64,000 nt of DNA, from positions 53,012,001 to 53,076,000 of the forward strand of contig NC_087436.1 of assembly GCF_036321535.1 (NCBI RefSeq), given 5' to 3'. Below the pieces are notes generated by a model. It did no database searches, was not told the DNA's origin, and was given only the letters and a program-made list of their open reading frames with translations. The DNA comes from Camelus dromedarius (taxonomy: Eukaryota). Below are positions 12,580 through 25,812 of this stretch, piece by piece (the first letter of the stretch is position 1; every line of letters starts with the position of its first letter). The translations under genes were made by a program, and so were the position numbers.

Positions 12580-12660
12580 TTAATGAGGAGAGCAGGTTTC
12601 ATTAGTCTTCTGTTTCAACAGATGAGAAAACTGGGGCTAGAAAGCTTAAGGAACTTGTTA
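12580..12660 (-). mobile_element. MIR fragment
   Basis: 'acagatgagaaaactggggctagaaagcttaag'. Confidence 0.6.
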
Positions 12661-12694
12661 GTAATTAGATGCACCAGGAAGGGAATTTGTGCAC

Positions 12695-13171
12695 ATCAGT
12701 CATTGTCCAGATTGGAAAAGAGAAGCTTCTAGATGTTTCATCCAGAGAGGGCTATAACACAGGGAATTGGCTACACAGACGTTGGACGTACAAGGGGAGA
12801 CGGGGGAGATCATGAAGATGTAACTTCTGATCCAGGCCACACAGGCCCACCCCCGCTGATGCACCGAGGGGGACACTCCCAGGGCCAGCCTGGGAAGCCC
12901 AGGAGGACACACTTCTGCTGGTGCAGCTGAAAGCTGGCCTCCACTTCTGACAACTGCCACGATGGCTACTGGATGCAGTACCTAAAGCAGAAAGGAAAAA
13001 AAATTTTTTTCCTTCCTTTTTCTAGTCTCTCAGTTGGCAAATTCTTTCTGGAAGAATGCTGGCAAGGCAATCAGTGAAATGTATTCTGGAGGCTTCCAGC
13101 CCCCTGTGATATAAGGAGAGCTGAGAAAGTGAAAAATGGAGCTGAGGATCAACACATGAGTGACTGGCACA
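12695..13171 (-). mobile_element. old ERVL-type solo LTR, subfamily uncertain
   Basis: 'aacacagggaattggctacacag' and end 'ggagctgaggatcaacacatgagtgactggcaca' resemble ancient ERVL LTRs. Confidence 0.45.
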
Positions 13172-13214
13172 TATTTTCATTCTAGGTTCTTTCCACCATA
13201 CTTCGTTTTCTCCT

Positions 13215-13613
13215 GTGTTGCTCAGGCTGTGCTAAATTTCTACTTCAGATAGACACAACAGTTAATATTTTGACACAGAGGAAGTTTAATTCTTACTCAT
13301 GTAACTGTCCAGCATGGAGGGCAACCCCCCACCTCACGGTCATTTACAAGCCAGGCTGATAGTGGTCTTGCATCTTTAACACGTGGATTTCTAAATTTCT
13401 CTCCATTTCGTAAATCCAGTGGGCATGGAGGAGCAGGTCAGGGAGGTTTTGGGGGCTGGGCCAATAAGAAGTGCACATAATCACTCGCATTCTGCTGAAG
13501 ACAACTTTATCATGTGCTCTACCCAACTGAGACAGGATCTGGAGTATAACCCATCTGTGTCCCAGGAAGAGAGGAGAATGGATTTGGGGGGATCACTAGT
13601 GGTATTCGCCACA
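13215..13613 (-). mobile_element. old MaLR LTR (MLT1I/J-like)
   Basis: 'aagtttaattcttactcatgtaactgtccag...tcatgtgctctacccaactg...tgtgtcccaggaagagaggagaatggatttg...gccaca'. Confidence 0.6.
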
Positions 13614-14151
13614 CCTCCCAGGAAGGTGAAGATGTATTTAGAGCCTTCAAACCAATCCTTTCAGCACAGAAGAGACCTGGCTTGAGAAAAGTCATCTGAA
13701 AAAGAGTTGTGGGTTTGGGAGCTTTCTTCCTCACATCTGTGAGATAGTATAGGGGGGAAAGATCAGGGACACGAGGCAACGTGAACAGAAGCAAATGGCA
13801 CTAATACCAAGGAAGGTCACAGCCCTGCCCCAAGCTCCTGGTGAGACCATAGCTTGGTTTTTGTAACTTTCTGTCCACCAGTCTAGTGGACTCCAACGAA
13901 CTAAAGTGTGTCCAACCAGGATGGTGGAATAGTTGATAAATCTGGAAGAAAAGCCACAGAGGGGACTGTGATGGTTGCATCTAAGGGTCTTAAGGGCTGT
14001 AGAAAGGAAAAGATGCTTAGTGTGCGTGGTTCCAGGAGGCACGTCTTGGTCAGTGGCTGGGCATGCGGCCCTAGGAAAATGAGTGCTTTTTCATGCGATT
14101 TTCAGTGAAAAATAAGTTCAAAGGGGTAACTATCTACATGGGCAAAGAACT

Positions 14152-14354
14152 TGATCTTGTATATATGTCCCTGTGCTATACAGTATAATCTTGTTTATCT
14201 ATTCTGCATATGCCTGTCAGTAGCTACAAATTTTGAACTCCCAGTCTATCACTTCCCACCCCCCTTCCCCTTGGCAACCACAAATTTGTATTCTATGTCT
14301 ATGAGTCTGTTTCTGTTTTGTATTTATGGGGTTTTTTTTAGATTCCACATATGA
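14152..14354 (-). mobile_element. young L1 3' UTR internal fragment
   Basis: 'ccctgtgctatacagtataatcttgtttatctattc...ggcaaccacaaatttgtattctatgtctatgagtctg...agattccacatatga'. Confidence 0.88.
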
Positions 14355-14384
14355 TTTAATTTCTAAGGTTTGTGTAAGACGTGC

Positions 14385-14800
14385 TTAATCTTTGACCCAG
14401 TAATTCCATTTCTAGAAATTTCAACCAAATTAATAACCAGATAGACCAAAGTAACCAAAATAAATGAATACAATAACAACTCAGTAATCATCATCTTGTA
14501 AGAGTGGCAGGCTGGAAAACAGCTTAAATGCCTAAGATTAACAAAATAGTTAAGAAATGTATAGCACAGCCATGGAGTGGATTATTATGTAGCATTTAAA
14601 AATGTAGTTTTCCAAGAGTCTTTAGAAGAAATATACAATAACCTCAATCATTTAAAGAAAGACTTGATGGAAGGAAACACAGGAAATTTGCCAAACATTA
14701 GGCTAGAAGCAGCTGTGAATAGTGAAATTATGGACTTTTTAAATGTTTCTTTATATTGTTTGTTTATCTTCTAAGATATTAAATATCACTTTGATAATTA
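14385..14800 (+). mobile_element. ancient L1ME-type fragment
   Basis: 'ctttgacccagtaattccatttctagaaattt', 'ggattattatgtagcatttaaaaat'. Confidence 0.6.
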
Positions 14801-16059
14801 GGAGATAAGAAGTAGAGAGCCCATTTTTATAAAATTAGAAAGGAGTGTGTTCTTAGTCATGTAATATTAAACCAGAAACCAGATAGTGTAGGGAGAAGGG
14901 TGGGTGGGGTGGGAGGGGGGAGTGGGGCTGGCCTGCCTCTGCCCCGAGGAGATCTCCTCCCTGAGGTTGTTTGGAATCGCTGACATCTGGTGATAACAAT
15001 AGCAGACTGGTTTGTTACTGTTTTTCAATTCTTATTGGCTCTCCTTGGGTTTGGGTGGCTCCCCTCCACCCCTTATCCTGCCTTTGTAGCTATCGATACA
15101 AGGATTTTTCTATTTAGAGGAAATCGCTTTGAAGATTCCTTTTATCTTGGAGATATGGTGACTTTTGGGAAACAATCGTGCAGGGTTACTGAAGCTATCC
15201 TGCCCACGCATAGTACACATCATGCTTTATGCTGAAGCCGGGGACCACTGCATTGAACAAAACACCTCTTATCACAGTGAATCAACGCGCCTTCAGCTAG
15301 AGCAGAGTTTGTAATAATTTTAAGAAAGCACATGTACGTGTGGTTGAAGAAGAGCACTTTGTTTTCTGTGTCTCCTAATTTCTTAGAACTGCAGTATGAC
15401 TTTTTTTTTAATCAAGTCATGCAAACAGATAAAGTGATATTAGTCTCCCTTCTGCAAAGCCCTTACTTCAGCACTCATTTTACCGTGTTAAGGCACAGTA
15501 TCTGAAGAATCGGCAAACATCTGCATCTGAGGTTTAGTGTGACAGGTGCTGTTAGTGCTGTTTGCACTAGCTGTGTGGAAAGGTCACATTTTATCATCTT
15601 GGCACTGATTTCTGAATAGTGAAAGCACGAACTGAAATGAAACCTCGAACACACCAGCTTTTGTTTTTAAGTTTGCAAAATTAGCTGCTAACTCAACAAA
15701 ATGAAACCGTGTCAGGTTGCACACCTTTAGATCTTACGGATCTTCTAATCCTTTTTGTCTTCGTGATCTGACTGCATTTGAAAAGACTGTTATACTAACT
15801 GATAAGTACAAATAGCAAAGAGCAAAAATTATTTGACCAACTGGCCAGCTGAGATATTTCTGAGATATTCTAGCTTCCTGGGAGGCTCTAGGGTAGAATC
15901 GAGGTATAAAAACAAGTCAGCCTTGAAATCACCCATAACAGTGTGGGAGTGGGGTGGGGGGGGTGTTGAGGAGTGCAGAGGGAATGAGCAGCTTAGCTAA
16001 AATTTCAAAGTGTTTGGTCCACCTTAGGGTGAAAATTAATCAACAAGAGAGGTCTCAGA

Positions 16060-16190
16060 GCATTTCATAGGGAGCATCTTAGAATCTACTTCAACTCCCC
16101 TGTTTAACAGATTGGGCCAGTGGGTCGGAAAATAATAAAGTCCTTGTCTGGGGTCCCGCAGTGGGTCATTGTTGGAGCTGGGTGAATCTC
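16060..16190 (-). mobile_element. MIR/MIR3 fragment
   Basis: 'tctacttcaactcccctgtttaacagat...gtccttgtctggggtcccgcagtgggtc'. Confidence 0.45.
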
Positions 16191-16660
16191 ATTTAGCTCA
16201 CGGTTCCTTTCTTACTGATCCCAGTGATACAAAACCCAGCAAACTTCAGTGCTTTTTAAAAAATCATGCAGTGCTTTCTGGGCTAGAGTTAAATTCACAG
16301 GAATTTATATTTTATATATGTCTATATTTATATTGACTATAATATACATCATAAATTTATAATATATATGTATATGATATATGTTACTTGTCCATTTGGA
16401 GCCTTCATGGAATAAAGATAAACTCCCTAAGAGTGAAAACCTAAGTTGATATGTCCTTACATAACTCCCTTTGAAACTGCATCAATAAAGATAGATTCCT
16501 TAAAATAGACCTTAAAATAGAAGCTGTAAGAGCTCACATGATAGAAAATACAATTTCAGTCTAGTCGCCCGGTGGTTTCCGTCTGCAGATCAGCCCTGCT
16601 GTCTTGGACGCACCAGGTTCTCCTCCACGTCCCCCGTCAGGACCCTGTGATGAGGATAAG

Positions 16661-16680
16661 CAACCACTAGGTGGCAGTCA
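16661..16680 (+). promoter_or_regulatory. CTCF-binding motif
   Basis: CCACTAGGTGGCAG at 16664-16677 matches the core consensus CCASYAGRKGGCRS at all positions. Confidence 0.55.
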
Positions 16681-18946
16681 TACCACGTTGGTTAGGGATC
16701 TCTGCGGCTTTACCCAGAGTGGAGATTAGAGCCACTGCTTTTTCCTCCCATCTATAAAAGTACATTCAGCTCTTTATTCAAGAAGCCGAATTTAAGCACT
16801 ATTTCCCAACACCTCACTTGTAGAAGATCCATGAAAAAACAAACCATTAAATGATTCAAGCATAAGCCATTACCTGTCTCATCAAGCTTTAAGTGGTTGG
16901 ATTCCTAATTCTGTCCCCCTTTCTCCTAAAGCTCTCTGACCTTTACCAAAAGGATTTGAATGAGTAAAAGTGATTTGAATCTAAAACTTCAATTTTATAC
17001 CTACCCAATAAGGATTTTTGTTCCTGCAATTACAATATATTTTAAGCACTTACTTCCCCCTGCTCCATTTAGGAAATATAAATCTTCAAAGTATTTCATT
17101 TTTTCATTTAAAATAAGGCATGTAGATAACTATTAAACTACTGAAGTAAAATGCTTTTATTGACTGAAATTTCGTTTCATCCCCAGCCACCATTAGCAAC
17201 TGGGAACAGTGAAGACATCCTCCCCAGGGTCTCAGTCTCACAAGGAAAGCGATTTGAGAGCAGCCCCTGTTTACAGGGACCATAATGTGGCCACAGCAAC
17301 TCTTGTGAAGTAGATTTTTTGTCACTGCTCCTTCCTGGCCCAAAAGTCTGCGGTTTCTCTGTTAACCATCTAAATATGGAGTCTTTGATATTTTCAATAT
17401 TTTAATGATAATAAAGAAAAGTGTCCCTTAAAATGTAATTGGGTTTTGTTTGGGTTTTTTGGTCGATATTAAGGGGACTGTTATAAAGGTGAATTTTTTT
17501 CCAGAGGGTGAAGTGGAGAGAGGAAGCAGAAGGAAGGGCAGAATTATAAGGAACTAAAAGAGGGTTTTAGGGAAAAAAAAAGAAGGGGTCAGAGAAACTA
17601 AAAAAGAGGGCCTGGCCAAGCTGGTGAAACAGGTGACTCTTAAAACAATAATATACCAGAAGCAGAAAGGAGGACCTGAAGGGGATTTAAGGATCTGAAG
17701 GCCATGGAGAAGCAAAAATTAGTGGCTCCAGGGGCCCCTGGAGGGTGGGGCATGGGGTTACCACACTGGAAAGCCAAGGCCAAGCGCTGGAGCAGGGCTT
17801 CTCCCAACCGGTCTTCGGACGGGCCCAGGCCCGGAATGTGCCCCCTTGAGAATCACCCGAGATGATGCTCTCCAAAGGCGGGGGAACTTGAGGCTATGGA
17901 AGAGCCTGCAGACTGAGAGATCTGGGTGTTCCAGGTAAACGATGAGCACTGGAAGCCTGAGCCAACAAAGTGGGCACCACGTGACCTCACCCGCCTTCCA
18001 CGTTTGCACCAGTCAACACTCCACAAAAGGCAGGCTCAGTCGTTCCCTTGAAATGTCTGTGTGTGCTGGCAGGCAGTGGGCTGCAGAGGGGGAGAAAGGG
18101 GGAACTTCCAGAAGCAGGAAAGCCGGGATCTTTCCCTGCTTGCGTGGTGGCAGCCAAGTGAACCCGAGCTCCCCGCGTCTCCCGGCTGCAGCTCAGCTGA
18201 GACTCCCTGCAGGTGTCAGGACTTGGTGGCCCGCCCTGGAGATCCTCTGCGTGGGCGCCAAGCCTTCTTAGGGGTCATGGGTGACTCAACATCACTGATA
18301 ATTCTGGGGCCCTGGAGTCCCATGAAAGGGAATTTGAACTTTATCCAGACTTAGGGTTCAGACACAGACAGGGGCAAAAGCTGGATTTCAGGGAGTGACG
18401 AAGGAGGCCCTCAGAGGTGGATGCAGGCAGGTAGCAGTGGCTTTCCATGACCTCAGCTCAACCTAATCTCTCTCACCTCCTGAACCTTTGTGTCCCACAG
18501 GGAAAGGGCACAATTATACTTAGTAGTGTAACTGTTTTCTGGGTGACCTGAGTCCCTTTTGGGTACTCATTCCCTTAATTAAACAAGTATTTGTTCCAAC
18601 CTCCCTTATTCCATATTCTGTAGCAAATCCAGTGACCTCCCCAAGACTTGGGGACTCACACTTTCACAGTGACTGCACTTCTGGCTTCCACTGAAATCTA
18701 GGTCACCTAGCCAGCGGGCGTGCCTTCTAAGGTGAGCAGACACTTCCTCTCACCGCATCACCCAACCTCCAGCTAGACACGGTCCTTCTAACCTCAGCTC
18801 TCCTGCCAAAGGGTTAGAGGCAGCAGGCTGTACAAAAGTTGGCTTGAAGAAAGGGAGGGAGGCCCGTACTATAGCATAACTCAGGGAAAAAACTTCACAT
18901 TAAAGACTAAACTCTTTTGAAATGAGAAAAGAAAAGTGAATGAAGG

Positions 18947-19120
18947 GCTGCAAATGGTAGAATATCCTTTCTTATGGGTGACTTGTAATCCATTGCATAT
19001 ACAGGCTGCATCTTCTTTATCCATTCATCTATTGATGTGCACTTAGGATGCTTCTGTATCTTGGCAATTATAAATAATGTTGCTATTAATAGTGGGGTGT
19101 ATATATCTTTTTGAATTAAT
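18947..19120 (-). mobile_element. L1 ORF2 3'-end fragment
   Basis: 'catcttctttatccattcatctattgatgtgcacttaggatgcttc...ggggtgtatatatctttttgaatta'. Confidence 0.85.
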
Positions 19121-20049
19121 TCTTATTTTGTGGTTGGCTTTATTCTTTTGATAACAATGTAAATTTAAAAGGCTAAAGCTCTAAACATTCTTAGAAACAA
19201 TGAACAGTACATATATGTAAATTTTAAAAATGTGCAGTATATTGTATATATGTATTTACATGCAATATATTGTAAATGTGCAGTCAAATTGTAACAACTC
19301 TACCTAATAAAAATGAAAAATGAAAAAAAAAACTAGACTCTCTGCTGAATTTTCTCTTCAGCATCTCCGCACGGCATTACGTGGGGGTCAGCTTTGCCCT
19401 CTGGCTGCATTTCCCACCATCCTGCCTGGAGCACCCTTCTTCTCCCATCCTTCTCAGTTGCTGGTCCCCTCTCCAGAAGAGAGGTGGCCGCTTGGAGGGA
19501 AATGTTCTTACCTGGAAGAGTGGTGAGTGATAGACCATTAAGCAGATGGCCAGGAGCTCCAGGTGACGGTGACGAGCGTGCAGCTGCTCTGGGCTCAGAG
19601 GTCTGAATGCGTCCCCTTTCTCTGTGGGCAGTTGGAGATGGGTGTCTGTGGCAGCATTAAAGCCTCAGAGGCCAGAAGCAGAGGCTGCCCAGGAACAGAG
19701 CAGCCGCTGGGGCAGAGGGAGCGCAGAGCCGCAGGGAGCGGCCCGAGTGTCTGTGAGAGACTCCCATCCCCTTCCGGGACCCTGCAGACAGACACAAGCA
19801 AGGGGAGTGACAGAGACCCGGCCACTGGCAGGGGGAGGGTGCTGATCCAGCAAGCACAGGGACAAACTGGTAAAGGGCCTCTTCCCGGACAGCCGAGCAG
19901 ACGGGCCTGGGAGACATTCATGTTAGTCCAAGGAATAGAATGGGGTGCAGCCTCTTGTGTCCCCGTATCCTCTTTCAACATCCAGAAATGATCCATTGTC
20001 TTTCCAACCTGCAAACCCAAAATAAAGAAGTCTCCATTAAGCTGCGAGT

Positions 20050-20205
20050 CAGTGCTTCTTAGACTTCAGTATGAGGGTATGTCATCCGTAGGCCTTGTTA
20101 AAGTACAGACTCTAATCCAGATGTCATCAAGATTTCATTTATCATCCGCAGCAACCCAGGTGAGGCTGACGTGGCTGGACTGTGGGCTGAGCTTTGAGAA
20201 GCAAA
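20050..20205. mobile_element. MER5A-like MITE
   Basis: 'cagtgcttcttagactt...cttgttaaagtacagactc...cccaggtgaggctgacgtggctgg...ctttgagaagca'. Confidence 0.7.
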
Positions 20206-21842
20206 TTTGTGAGCAACCTAGTGTCCTTAACTCCCCCCACACCCCCACGTTTGCAAACAATGACCAAAAATAGGCACTTGGTGAAAAAGACAATCCTTGA
20301 CCCCAAGGGCTGGAGATTCCTGGTGGATTGGAGGCTCTCTCGGGAAGCAGGGGTGGTGGCAGAGGGATGGAGTAGCTGTCCTGAGACTCCTCAAGGGCTA
20401 TCCTTAAGGAGAAAATCTATTTTATTCTCATTGGACTGGCCCGGGACCCAAACGCAGACCTAAATCCCCTTCTCCAGAGCTCTCCCTTCTCAGGGGACTT
20501 GTAAGACTTTATGCTGTCTCCTTACGACAGTTCCCTGACCAGTAGGTGATTCTCTCTTACAAAGTGGCCCCGTGTCACTTTGGCAGGGATGTTTTGATTC
20601 CACACTTGACCTTTTAATTATGGAACGAAGGACTTGGACCGTTTGCACAGAACGAACTAGGGGCCTTATTTCAGAAGACTCCTTGGTGCCCCCATATCAG
20701 CTTGGAGAAGCAGCCAACTTCACCCTGATCGATAGGGCCTCGGTCTTCTTCCTAAAAGTCGGTCTCCTTCTAAGCTCTCAGGAAACCTCACCATGTATCA
20801 CAGAGAACCTTTGCCCCGAGTTACTTGTGGGGGCATCGCTGTGGCAGCTGCACCCAGCCCCAAAGGGACAGGTCCGTTTAATTCCTGCCTGTGTGTCAGT
20901 CCACCCGTCCAGCTCTTCCTTTATACAGCCCTGTGCAGAGCAACTCCCCAGAGAGTTATAATTAGAATTTTAAAAGCACATAAACAAAATTCAAGCCCAG
21001 AAGTCTAACCAGCCAGCCTCAGGAAAGTTGAAAGTCTCAGAATAAAACCTCTTTCAAAAAAAAAAGAGTTTGTAGGAAGAAAATACAAAGGAGTAGACTT
21101 GGATTGAAACAAAAACAGTCAAACCATAAAAGGGCCAGCTAGTGGCAGAAAAGCTATTTGTTTGTGGAGGATTATATCTAAATGCAGGAGTTTGGGAGGA
21201 GAGAGTGGCTTTGAGGAACTTGGAAGCTCAGCTTGTAAGCTGTGTCTGGAGAATCCCTCGTATGTAAATGGTCGCACATTAGTCCGGTAGTTAATCGACT
21301 AAGAGTCCATAGAACCACAGACAGTCACTAGACTGGGGAGCAGGGAACCGAGGGGCCAACGTGGCTCCTGCCTTTGAGGAAGGGGAAATGCACGAGAAAA
21401 TACAGAGGACCACCCCCCACCAATGGTAAACGTATAAAAAAGGAGCCAGTTTAGCATAGCTGGACCTGGTCATTCACTCACCTTCTAGCAAGAAAGAAAA
21501 TTCTTTGGACTTTAAATCGGGAGTCAAATTTTTAAAAATCAGAGGTCATTTGAAATGCCAATTAACAAGAGCATCTTCCCTCTGTATTTCTGGTAGTCAG
21601 AAAATAAGCCATTCTCTGGGAGTTATCCTGAGAAAGCACAGCCACTGTAAAACTAATGCTGTCCCCAGCACTCTATCCCCAGTGCCAGTTCACGTTTTAC
21701 AAAAGTGCTTTAGCTGCACTAAAAACAAACAGCGGTCAACTAAACTGTTCAAGGTGATTATGTAGATGCCGAGCAAGGACACTTAAAGGCGTGCTGGTGG
21801 CACCGCGTGTCAGGGCCTCTGGAAACCACCCTGCACCGGTCC

Positions 21843-21985
21843 CTCATCCGATCTCACTGTTTGAGGGCGGGTTGTCATCATCTCTGAGGTAGAAGTAAAC
21901 AACCCAAGGCTTGTGTATGGAGCCGGCATAAGAGTGAAACCCTGATGCAGACCCCGAGTCTATCTGGCTCCAAAGTCCTTTGGTG
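21843..21985 (-). mobile_element. MIR fragment
   Basis: 'accccgagtctatctggctccaaagtcc' reverse MIR head. Confidence 0.45.
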
Positions 21986-24900
21986 TTCCCACCCTGTTCT
22001 GCCAGGCCTGCTGCACTCAAGGAGGTTGGGGCTCCCCCGGGAGTGGAGAAGGCACCTCGCCGCCTGGTTGGTGGGGTCACTGCACCTGCGTGGGGCTTGC
22101 ACCCCACCCTGCAAACAGACAACTCCCAAGGCGAGGGCAACAGGCAGTAAGTGACCTTAACCTCAGAGCCAGGGCTGCCAGGACTCACAGATACACAGAT
22201 CCGTTTCTCAGGCTTTTACAAAACAAAGAGAATACTGTAAACAGGTGTCTGCAAGGAATTTCTAAAAAAGAAGAAGGAAAAAGATCAACTTTCAGCATCA
22301 CTCCCCAGCAGCTCACAGAATGCACCTTCAGTTTCCCAAGAGTAACCTCTTCCTCCTCCTCGCCACTACCTCTTTTCATCCTGATTTTTACGATGATAAT
22401 ACGATCAACCCTGGCAGTCAGCCTCATTGAAGGTTTATTTTTAGGAGAGCTTTAAAAGAACTATGCAGCCCACCTGTGGCAATTAAAGATCCTAGAATGC
22501 TCCTGCAAGGCTGGCACCCTGAGCACTGGCTGTCCTCCAGTTCGGGTCACTATATTTAGCACGACTAAAAGTTCTCCCCTGCCCTGGAGCCTCAGGCCAC
22601 ATTTTCACTTTCTGAGTTTGCATGTGGAGTGACCCATTTCTTGGGAGGCCCTTCTGTCTTCTGAACCTGGCTCTGCCACTGCCCTATTGGGGATTTTCAG
22701 AGGTCAAGTCATTCAGTCGTCCGGTCTCAGCCCGACCACCTACCTGGAGAGGTCCGTGGACACCTGCCATGAGAAGCGGTGCACTCTGGCGATGACTCTG
22801 GATGTCTGCAGCACTACCTGGAGTCAGCGTCCTTCAGTGTGGAGGCTGGGGAGTGACGTGCACATGATAAGTTTCCACCGAGTATTGGACCTGATGGGCC
22901 AGGCATATTTAGACGACCTTCAACATGACAGGCTGTGGGCTGGGAAGGAGGCAGCAGGAGGCCTGGAGCAGAGAGGACTGAATTTGAGAGGGCATCCAAG
23001 GCTCTGAGAAAGGGTCTGTCCCTTCCATTCCTAATGGCACACTGACCTTGCGTCATGAGAATTTGCTTCACGGCTCACTGTAATCACCCCAAATCACGCT
23101 CATTAGTGGCAAGATGGAATTTTTACACAGAATGTTTTTGTTTCCCCTCACTTGGAAAGTGTGTGTCTTGAGAACATTTGATTTTAGGACCAGACACAGG
23201 GATAAAACTCAGTCTTGCTAAAAACATCTTCTTGGTTGTGTATCTATTCATTGCTTTTGTAAGAGAAACAGCCACAAAGAAAAAAGACCCATGTCAGCTT
23301 TGTGGAAACTACCTAAAAATCAGAGAGAGGCATGGTGAATTTCCTAAGCAACATTTTTCCCTTTCAGATGATGTTTTCATCTTCCTCAAACTGTAAAGTG
23401 ATGACATTGCACAGAAATCAAGAACCCTTTTTGGATATGGATAGTCTTCTACATGGCACATGTATGCACGTTTCCTCCTGTAAGTAGAGGCAAACCTCAC
23501 ACACACAGACACACGCACACTCACAGTTACTCAGGAATCCTGGGCTGTGAATACTCCTTTGCAGGTAACAATGATCATAAATATCAACTGGATCAACACA
23601 CTGATTATAACTATAGATGAACTTGTCAAAACACCCGCAGCTGGGTACCAAATTTGCTTTATGTTTTTGTTTTTGTCATTCAAGAATGTGTTTTCAAAAA
23701 TCACATTTTACAGAAGTGTTTTAGAAGCAGGAAACACAGACGTTATTATCTAAATTGTTCAAGATGATCACCTAGACGCTGGGCAAAATCTCTTACAGGT
23801 ATTAATTCCAATGATTTGCATCTTTTAAAAGTTTCCCACCAATAAAATCTTTAATAATCGCTCTGGAAGTATACGAGGGCAATAGCTTTACTTTCAGAGG
23901 AATTTGAAACTCTTCAGCACGTGGTCCATCTAACTGTTTCACTTCGGTTACTCCTCCTGAATAAACTGTTCGGTCAAAGCACCGCCGCCCCTTCTGTTCC
24001 TGGGGCAAGACGTGTAGGCTGCCTGGAGCAGAGGTGTGTGCTTGGGGGACCACCCCTTTGGAGCTCCGCAAGATCACAAGTGAAGTCCCCCTCCTCAGAA
24101 TCTTTGGGAAAGAGGATGTTCCAGGATTGGATGTTCTAGGATTGGGAGGCAAAACCCATTAGAATTGGCCAGAGGCAATTGTGTATGTAAGTAAGGGCTT
24201 TAGTAGATGAAATTAAAATAAATGGTCCTCACCCCTGCCATCCGGCCAAAGGCCTGGCCTCCCCATCAGAAGACAGATGACTGTGGCCTTTGTAACTCTA
24301 CCACAAGAGCTCCCGTAATGTTTGCCTTGACACTTGGCTCAAGTTTTCTAGAAGAGATTCGATCTCTGAGAATAGTGTCCTTCTTATCTTCAATTTGGAA
24401 GATTCATCAGAACTGAAATTTATATCTCCCCAAAGTTAATTTTCCAAACAAATGAACAACAAACGAACAAAAGGTCACCCAAAATGTTCACAAATATCTG
24501 AAACAGCAGCCCTCAGGTCCATCGAACGCTGCGAGGGAACATCCAGGGAACAGCTGTGGTCACCACTGGACCACCGCTACCCTGACAGCCACCCGGCAGC
24601 TGGCGGTCCAGTGTGTCCCCCAGTGTCTTCCTTCACCACCCGGTTCTCGCTGTTTCCCTCTTCTTCATTTAAAGCATCTCTGTCCTCCCAGTTACTGGAC
24701 TTGAAGTCAGATCCTTGGCTAGTCTCAGTCTCCTCCTAGCTGAGTGTGGTCTGGGGAGCTCCAGAAGGTCTGTAAATGTCAGTTTCTATGTGAGTAGGCT
24801 GACGTCCTCTTCCACAGGTTGGGATGTTCATGAGAAGCATGGGGGAAGGCAGTGGTCAAACAATTCAAGCTGGATCCGGAGCCGTCCTCTAGTCCCCCCC

Positions 24901-25057
24901 GTACCTTGGCCCACACCCCGAATCGGCCTCTCTCACAGCCATTCTCACTCTCTCTGGACGAGGTCAGTCCTCCATCATCTCACTGGAGGATGATGGCGTT
25001 TGCTGGTCCTGACTGGCCTATTAAATCTCCAGTCCACTCCTCACATTCCTGGGGGCG

Positions 25058-25242
25058 TGTGCAGGGAGGGAAACATTCTTCCTTTCCACCCATCTTAGGT
25101 TGACTGAATGGGACCCTATAGACTGACAAATGAGGGGGGTGGACAGCTTTTCTGTAGCTGCCTTTTCTCAACTGCCTTCAGCTCAAAATAATCCATATGC
25201 CAAAGTGGCGTATTTTGGGATGACACACTCTGCCATCCTTCA
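25058..25242 (-). mobile_element. internally deleted ERV1 LTR (MER34-like)
   Basis: 'ctcaactgccttcagctcaaaataatccatatgccaaagtggcgtattttggg...ccttca' is the reverse of a MER34-type LTR 5' end. Confidence 0.7.
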
Positions 25243-25284
25243 CACACTGATATCTACCTACTGTATTTTCATGCTTTCTATATC

Positions 25285-25812
25285 CTCCTATTCAAAACTT
25301 TGAGCAACTCTTTATTATTTGCCTACAGAAAAAAATGATATCGCCTTAGCCAGGCATTCCCCATCATCTAGCTTCAACCTGCCTTGGAAAACATACTTTA
25401 CATTATATCCCCTCCAACCACCCTGGGCTCCTGATCATTTTCCAAATATATCACCCATTTGCATCTTCCCTTACCTTTACTGATGCACTTCCGGTATCGT
25501 GAAATCTTTCTCTCCCCAGTCAGAATATTGTCTGCTCTGCCAACCAGAAGTCAAACGATGCTTCGGGGGAGACATCCCAGAAACATTCCCTGACAATTAA
25601 TCACTCCATTTCCCGCCTCGCCCTGGCATATTCTGACCTCTCTTACAGCCTCAGACTCACTGCGCCCTGTTGCACTGCCAGAGAGGGTTTTACACTGTTT
25701 GGAGACATGAGTTCCCTCATTCACCTTGTCGGTGTTTCCCTTTTTCCCTCAAACATTTGGCAGAGAGCCTTGCACAGAATAAACGCTCAGTAAACGTGTC
25801 TTAACAAATTGA
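25285..25812 (+). mobile_element. L2 3' region
   Basis: 'ttgcctacagaaaaaa...ccttagccaggcattc' and terminal 'gccttgcacagaataaacgctcagtaaacgt'. Confidence 0.6.
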
